From Patescibacteria group bacterium (GTDB lineage: Bacteria > Patescibacteriota > Minisyncoccia > UBA6257 > 02-FULL-45-10c): DNA of 37,321 nucleotides. Location of the stretch: NCBI GenBank assembly GCA_028865335.1, contig JAGWKK010000003.1:1-37321 (forward strand), read 5' to 3'. The notes under the pieces were generated by a model. It was not told the DNA's origin. It searched no databases and was given only the letters and a program-made list of their open reading frames with translations. Below, piece after piece: positions 33,444 to 37,321 of this stretch. Numbering within the stretch: position 1 is the stretch's first letter; each line of letters starts with the position of its first letter. A program made the translations under genes and the position numbers.

Positions 33444-33469
33444 CATAAGGCACCTACTAAATAGGAAGG

Positions 33470-35233
33470 ATGAATCTCTCGGCTCGTAACAAACTCCTGA
33501 TCGGAACGCTGATCATACTGGTATCTGTCGGCGGATTTTTGCGCCTCAAGGACCTCGCCCGCCAGGATATGCAGACCGATGATGCGACCTATTCCTTCCG
33601 GGCCATCGGTTATTTCGATTACATAGCGTCGGAAAACAAGCAGTCCACGCCGGTCACCTGGTTCGCGGAACCGCAATGGTGGCAGTCGCTTTCATTCCAT
33701 GACGCTCCGCCGTTGGTATTCGCAACGCAGTGGGCCTTTTTCCATATCGGCGGCGATTCCGCATTCATGGCGCGCCTCCCCTTCGCTCTCACGGGCATCG
33801 CTTCCATTATAAGCATGTTCCTGCTCGGCCAGGCATTCGGAGATACCGCTGTCGGCCTCGTAGCCGCCGGCGCACTGGCGATCATGAATTACCACGTGTG
33901 GATTTCGCGGATCGGCTATCTGGAATCCTTCCTGGTTCTCTGGATCATCCTCGCGCTCTATTTTTTCCTGCGGGCGCGGGATAAGGAAAACAATTATTTC
34001 GGCTGGGCGGCGATGCTGGCATGCGGCATGCTCACCAAATACTCATTCCTGTTTCTGTTCCCGGTATTCGCAGTGCCGCTTTTCTGGTGGCGGCGGAAGG
34101 CATGGAAGCGGAGTAAATTCGTCGGCGCACTCGCCGTCTTCTTCGTCCTCATTTCTCCGATACTCATCTATAATGTCATGATGTTCCAAACGCGCGGCCA
34201 TTTTGACGCGGCGCTTTCCACGCTCGTCGGCATGCATCCCGCCGACTTCGTCGGACTTACCCGCACCGCCGGCAGCGTGACGAATGCATTCGCGGCGCTT
34301 CCCGCCATCGCGGGTACGATCGCCGAAAATACGAGCCTGGGATTTCTGGCGCTCATCCTGCTGTGTATGATCATTGTGGCTGTCCGGGATTATCGGGACT
34401 ACCGAGAGAAAAAAGATCTGGAACGTCCGTATCTCCTCTGGAGCGGACTGCTCTGGGCCGTGCTTGCGCTTACGGTGATGGGTATGTCGGACAGATTCGG
34501 AACCATCATCATCCCCTTCCTCGCCCTCGTAACGGGTATCGGAGTCATGACGGCGTGGAACGGACTTGCGGGGTGGCGGAGAAAGATATTCATCATCCTG
34601 GTCGCGCTTGCGGCGGCGGGAGAGCTGTTCTACACCGTCCAGACACAACTGATGCTCTATCCGATTGTGACCAACAGCTTCTTCCTTTCGGCAAACCGTC
34701 CGTCATTCCAGGGATATGCCGAACTGGAAAACTACGTGCAGGATTTCTATGCCCGGTTCCCGGATCCGTCGTACGTGGTCTTCACCAAGACACCACAGAT
34801 CTTCGCCTACCAGGCGAAAATCATAAACGACATCTACGACAGCGGCGTTGATAAGCCGCAGCAGACCCACTTGCTGATATTTGATGACCGGATGGATTGG
34901 TTCGCAACACTGTGGACTTTTGAAAAGCGGCGGCTCTACGACGTCGCGACCATCCCGTCCATCGGCCAGTTCATCAGCGGCGTCAGTACCGGCGGCGCAC
35001 AGCAATTCGCACACTACGGCTTCACGGACGTCACCATTATCGCAGGTGAAAATGACGCCTACCCCGCGACCGACTCCTTCCGGCCGATTCACGACTTTGT
35101 GGCAAATCTCGCCGCAACGCAGGCACCGGTAGACAAAATCACAAATCCTTACGGCAAGACCGTCTTCAACGTGTACACCCTCCCCCTCACCGATGCCGCG
35201 CTGAAACCGCTTCTTGCCGAACCGGCAAAATAA
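33470..35233 (+). CDS. GT-C fold membrane glycosyltransferase, paralogue of 14423..16111
   Basis: DDATYSFR...QSTPVTWFAEPQWWQSLSFHDAPPLVF; many TM segments. Confidence 0.85.
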   Translation: MNLSARNKLLIGTLIILVSVGGFLRLKDLARQDMQTDDATYSFRAIGYFDYIASENKQSTPVTWFAEPQWWQSLSFHDAPPLVFATQWAFFHIGGDSAFMARLPFALTGIASIISMFLLGQAFGDTAVGLVAAGALAIMNYHVWISRIGYLESFLVLWIILALYFFLRARDKENNYFGWAAMLACGMLTKYSFLFLFPVFAVPLFWWRRKAWKRSKFVGALAVFFVLISPILIYNVMMFQTRGHFDAALSTLVGMHPADFVGLTRTAGSVTNAFAALPAIAGTIAENTSLGFLALILLCMIIVAVRDYRDYREKKDLERPYLLWSGLLWAVLALTVMGMSDRFGTIIIPFLALVTGIGVMTAWNGLAGWRRKIFIILVALAAAGELFYTVQTQLMLYPIVTNSFFLSANRPSFQGYAELENYVQDFYARFPDPSYVVFTKTPQIFAYQAKIINDIYDSGVDKPQQTHLLIFDDRMDWFATLWTFEKRRLYDVATIPSIGQFISGVSTGGAQQFAHYGFTDVTIIAGENDAYPATDSFRPIHDFVANLAATQAPVDKITNPYGKTVFNVYTLPLTDAALKPLLAEPAK

Positions 35234-35280
35234 GGCGGAAAATGAAAGACCCGATCCGGAGCTTGTGGTAAACTGAACAT

Positions 35281-36888
35281 ATGGCTGGCATTTTGGCATC
35301 GGTCGGAGCGCTCTTCGGCGGCGGAAGGATATCCCGCAAGGATTTTTTCGCGCACGCATTCAAGACACTCCGGAAATCGCTCAACGACAGCTCGACCAAC
35401 CAGGACTACCTCGCTGCCGAAAAAGTCATCGCTCAGCCGCTGACCAGCGAATCCGAAACCGAGCAATTGCTGATCCAGCTGTATCTCAAACTGGAAAAAT
35501 ACATCAGCGAGACCCAGGAGGGACGCCGCGTTCCCAAAGAAACGCTCCGCGAAAACATCCGCCGCTCCTGCAATCCCGAACTGGCCGCGGGCGACTTCCC
35601 GCTCCTTTTCCTGCCGCCGACCCACGCCGCCGTCCGTCTTTTTGAAAGCTACACCCAGGAAATCCTTGACCGACTCGGCCACACCTGGCAGCCGGCGGAG
35701 ATGCTCCGCTATTTCGAGCAGCTGAATCCCGCGCTTGCCACGCTGAAGGCGAAAGATCTCGACCACATCGATTGGCTTGATTTTGAACAGCAGGTCGCCC
35801 GCTCCCAGCCAAAACCTGACGAGAATTTCCGTACAATGAAGCAGATCTTCAGCGGAGCGATCGCCCAGCTCCTGGAGCTGAGCAAGAGCAACTTTGAAGC
35901 GCTGCGTGCCGAACGCGTCTTCAGCGACGCCTACGATCTCATGAAACGCCGCTTCGGATTTCTGGACAATGTCGCGGCGATTCTGGACATCATCCCGGCG
36001 TCCATCATGAAGCAGGAACACATGGAAAGCCTGCCGAAAGAAACGCTCATCAATGAATTGCGCAAACGGAACGAGGACCTGGAGTTCGCACTGACCCAGC
36101 TGAAAGAAGAAAAAGGAAATCTGGAAACCGAACATGCGAAGCTCGCCGAGGCGCTGCAGAATCTTCAGGCATTGGACAAGGCGAAGGGAGATTTCATCAA
36201 CGTCATATCGCACCAGTTCCGCACGCCGCTCTCCGCGATCCGCTGGAACAACGACTTGCTGATGGAGACCAGCGCCGATATCAAACCGCCGGAAACCAGC
36301 GAGCAGATGCTTACCGCCGAAAAAGCGATCTTCGTGAAAGCCGTCTTCCTCATCAACATCCTGGACGACATCTATGACGTGCTCGCCATCGAAGGCAAGC
36401 AGGTCGCACTGGAATACCGTCCGTCACTGGTCTGGGAGCTCGTGGATGACGCTGTCGGCTCGATCAAAGACGAAGCGAAGGTCAAGAATATCCAGATCGC
36501 ATTCAATCGTGACCAGTCGCAGATCAAAACCATCCAGCTCGATCCGCAGAAGATCAAGCGCGTCTTCCTCATTCTCCTCCGCAACGCGGTCAACTACTCC
36601 TCTGCGGGAAATACGGTGACCATTTCCATCACGCCGACCACGCTCAATAACGAACCGGCAGTCGCCTGCTCCATCCGGGACACCGGCATCGGCATCTCGC
36701 CGGAAGACCAGGCGAAACTGTTCACCAAATTCTTCCGCGCGAAAAACGCCATCGCCGCCGTTGCGGACGGCGCAGGCCTGGGATTGTATCTCGTCAAGAA
36801 TTTCGTGGAAGCCCACCGCGGCACCGTTACCGTAGCCTCCGAACTCGGCAAAGGCAGCACCTTCACCGTCACCATCCCGGAAAAATAA
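35281..36888 (+). CDS. Soluble sensor histidine kinase (HisKA plus HATPase_c)
   Basis: SHQFRTPL, NAVNYS, DTGIGI, FTKFFR, GAGLGL; no TM segment; TGnTAAACT 6 nt before the ATG. Confidence 0.92.
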   Translation: MAGILASVGALFGGGRISRKDFFAHAFKTLRKSLNDSSTNQDYLAAEKVIAQPLTSESETEQLLIQLYLKLEKYISETQEGRRVPKETLRENIRRSCNPELAAGDFPLLFLPPTHAAVRLFESYTQEILDRLGHTWQPAEMLRYFEQLNPALATLKAKDLDHIDWLDFEQQVARSQPKPDENFRTMKQIFSGAIAQLLELSKSNFEALRAERVFSDAYDLMKRRFGFLDNVAAILDIIPASIMKQEHMESLPKETLINELRKRNEDLEFALTQLKEEKGNLETEHAKLAEALQNLQALDKAKGDFINVISHQFRTPLSAIRWNNDLLMETSADIKPPETSEQMLTAEKAIFVKAVFLINILDDIYDVLAIEGKQVALEYRPSLVWELVDDAVGSIKDEAKVKNIQIAFNRDQSQIKTIQLDPQKIKRVFLILLRNAVNYSSAGNTVTISITPTTLNNEPAVACSIRDTGIGISPEDQAKLFTKFFRAKNAIAAVADGAGLGLYLVKNFVEAHRGTVTVASELGKGSTFTVTIPEK

Positions 36889-36910
36889 AAATCCCGATAA
36901 GGGATTTTTT
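36887..36910. terminator. Bidirectional terminator
   Basis: AAAAATCCC-GATAA-GGGATTTTTT. Confidence 0.8.
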
Positions 36911-36914
36911 GAAA

Positions 36915-37232
36915 CTACTGCGGCTTGTTGTAGTCCCGGAACTCTTGATACATCCAAAGACTGTCGTCCTTCACCGGAAACCAGTAATCTTTCTCAGTCG
37001 GACTCATGGACACGAAGGTATCGACCAGTCGCTCCCTGTCGCAGCACAGCGCCTTCTGATGACCGAATCGGAATCGTCGACTGCTCCGCCAGATCTTTGC
37101 CATCGCCGTCACCGCCTCTTCCTCGACAGGCCGATCCCAGAAATGGAAACCATGGCGGCACAGGAATTTCACCTCTTTGTCCTCGACGGTCAATTCCCCG
37201 GACCTCAAAAGAAGATGCCGATCTTCACTCAT
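36915..37232 (-). CDS. Hypothetical protein
   Basis: About 105 aa ORF ending at the shared terminator; start uncertain. Confidence 0.5.
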   Translation of the reverse strand: MSEDRHLLLRSGELTVEDKEVKFLCRHGFHFWDRPVEEEAVTAMAKIWRSSRRFRFGHQKALCCDRERLVDTFVSMSPTEKDYWFPVKDDSLWMYQEFRDYNKPQ

Positions 37233-37321
37233 TCCGATAAAATGCAGGATAAGCAACACATAAACTAATCCCCAGAAAATCAGGATTCCTTTTATTCCCC
37301 ATGCCAGAGCGACAAGGCCAA

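Noticed and set aside
1-37321. Alternative genetic code 25, or a prophage
   Set aside because: TGA ends several genes at expected positions and conserved genes have no internal TGA; no phage structural, terminase or integrase genes are recognisable.

Overview
A GC-rich bacterial chromosome segment read in the standard code (TGA is a stop). Gene content suggests a Patescibacteria/CPR (Parcubacteria-like) genome: short AlaRS and AspRS, DUF5667-like protein, sigma4-HARE-HTH protein and a VirD4/TraD-like ATPase pair. This taxonomy is an inference. Housekeeping genes (ftsA-like, alaS, rpoD, dnaG, rpmB, ndk, aspS, mnmA, efp, secDF, cyclophilin, tRNA-Pro, tRNA-Lys) alternate with small stand-alone accessory genes that carry their own promoter, SD and terminator. 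The most striking signal is non-coding: several families of short fold-back elements bounded by 3-6 bp direct repeats sit exactly on gene-expression signals. Three related 133-145 bp elements duplicate the TATG of a start codon (rpmB, cyclophilin, ATPase-partner gene), and two of them share crossed internal helices with fully compensatory substitutions. Three CCCCRCAC hairpins duplicate GTCAAC, the -35 box of intact promoters. Others lie at stop codons or in frame inside alaS, dnaG and mnmA. No transposase is visible in the window. There are also two promoter-bounded structured RNA candidates (about 9857-10080 and 17860-18049), a tRNA-Pro with an antisense trailer, and an NDT-like/guanylate kinase fusion in a nucleotide-handling cluster. 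All family assignments come from motif recognition by eye, with no database search.
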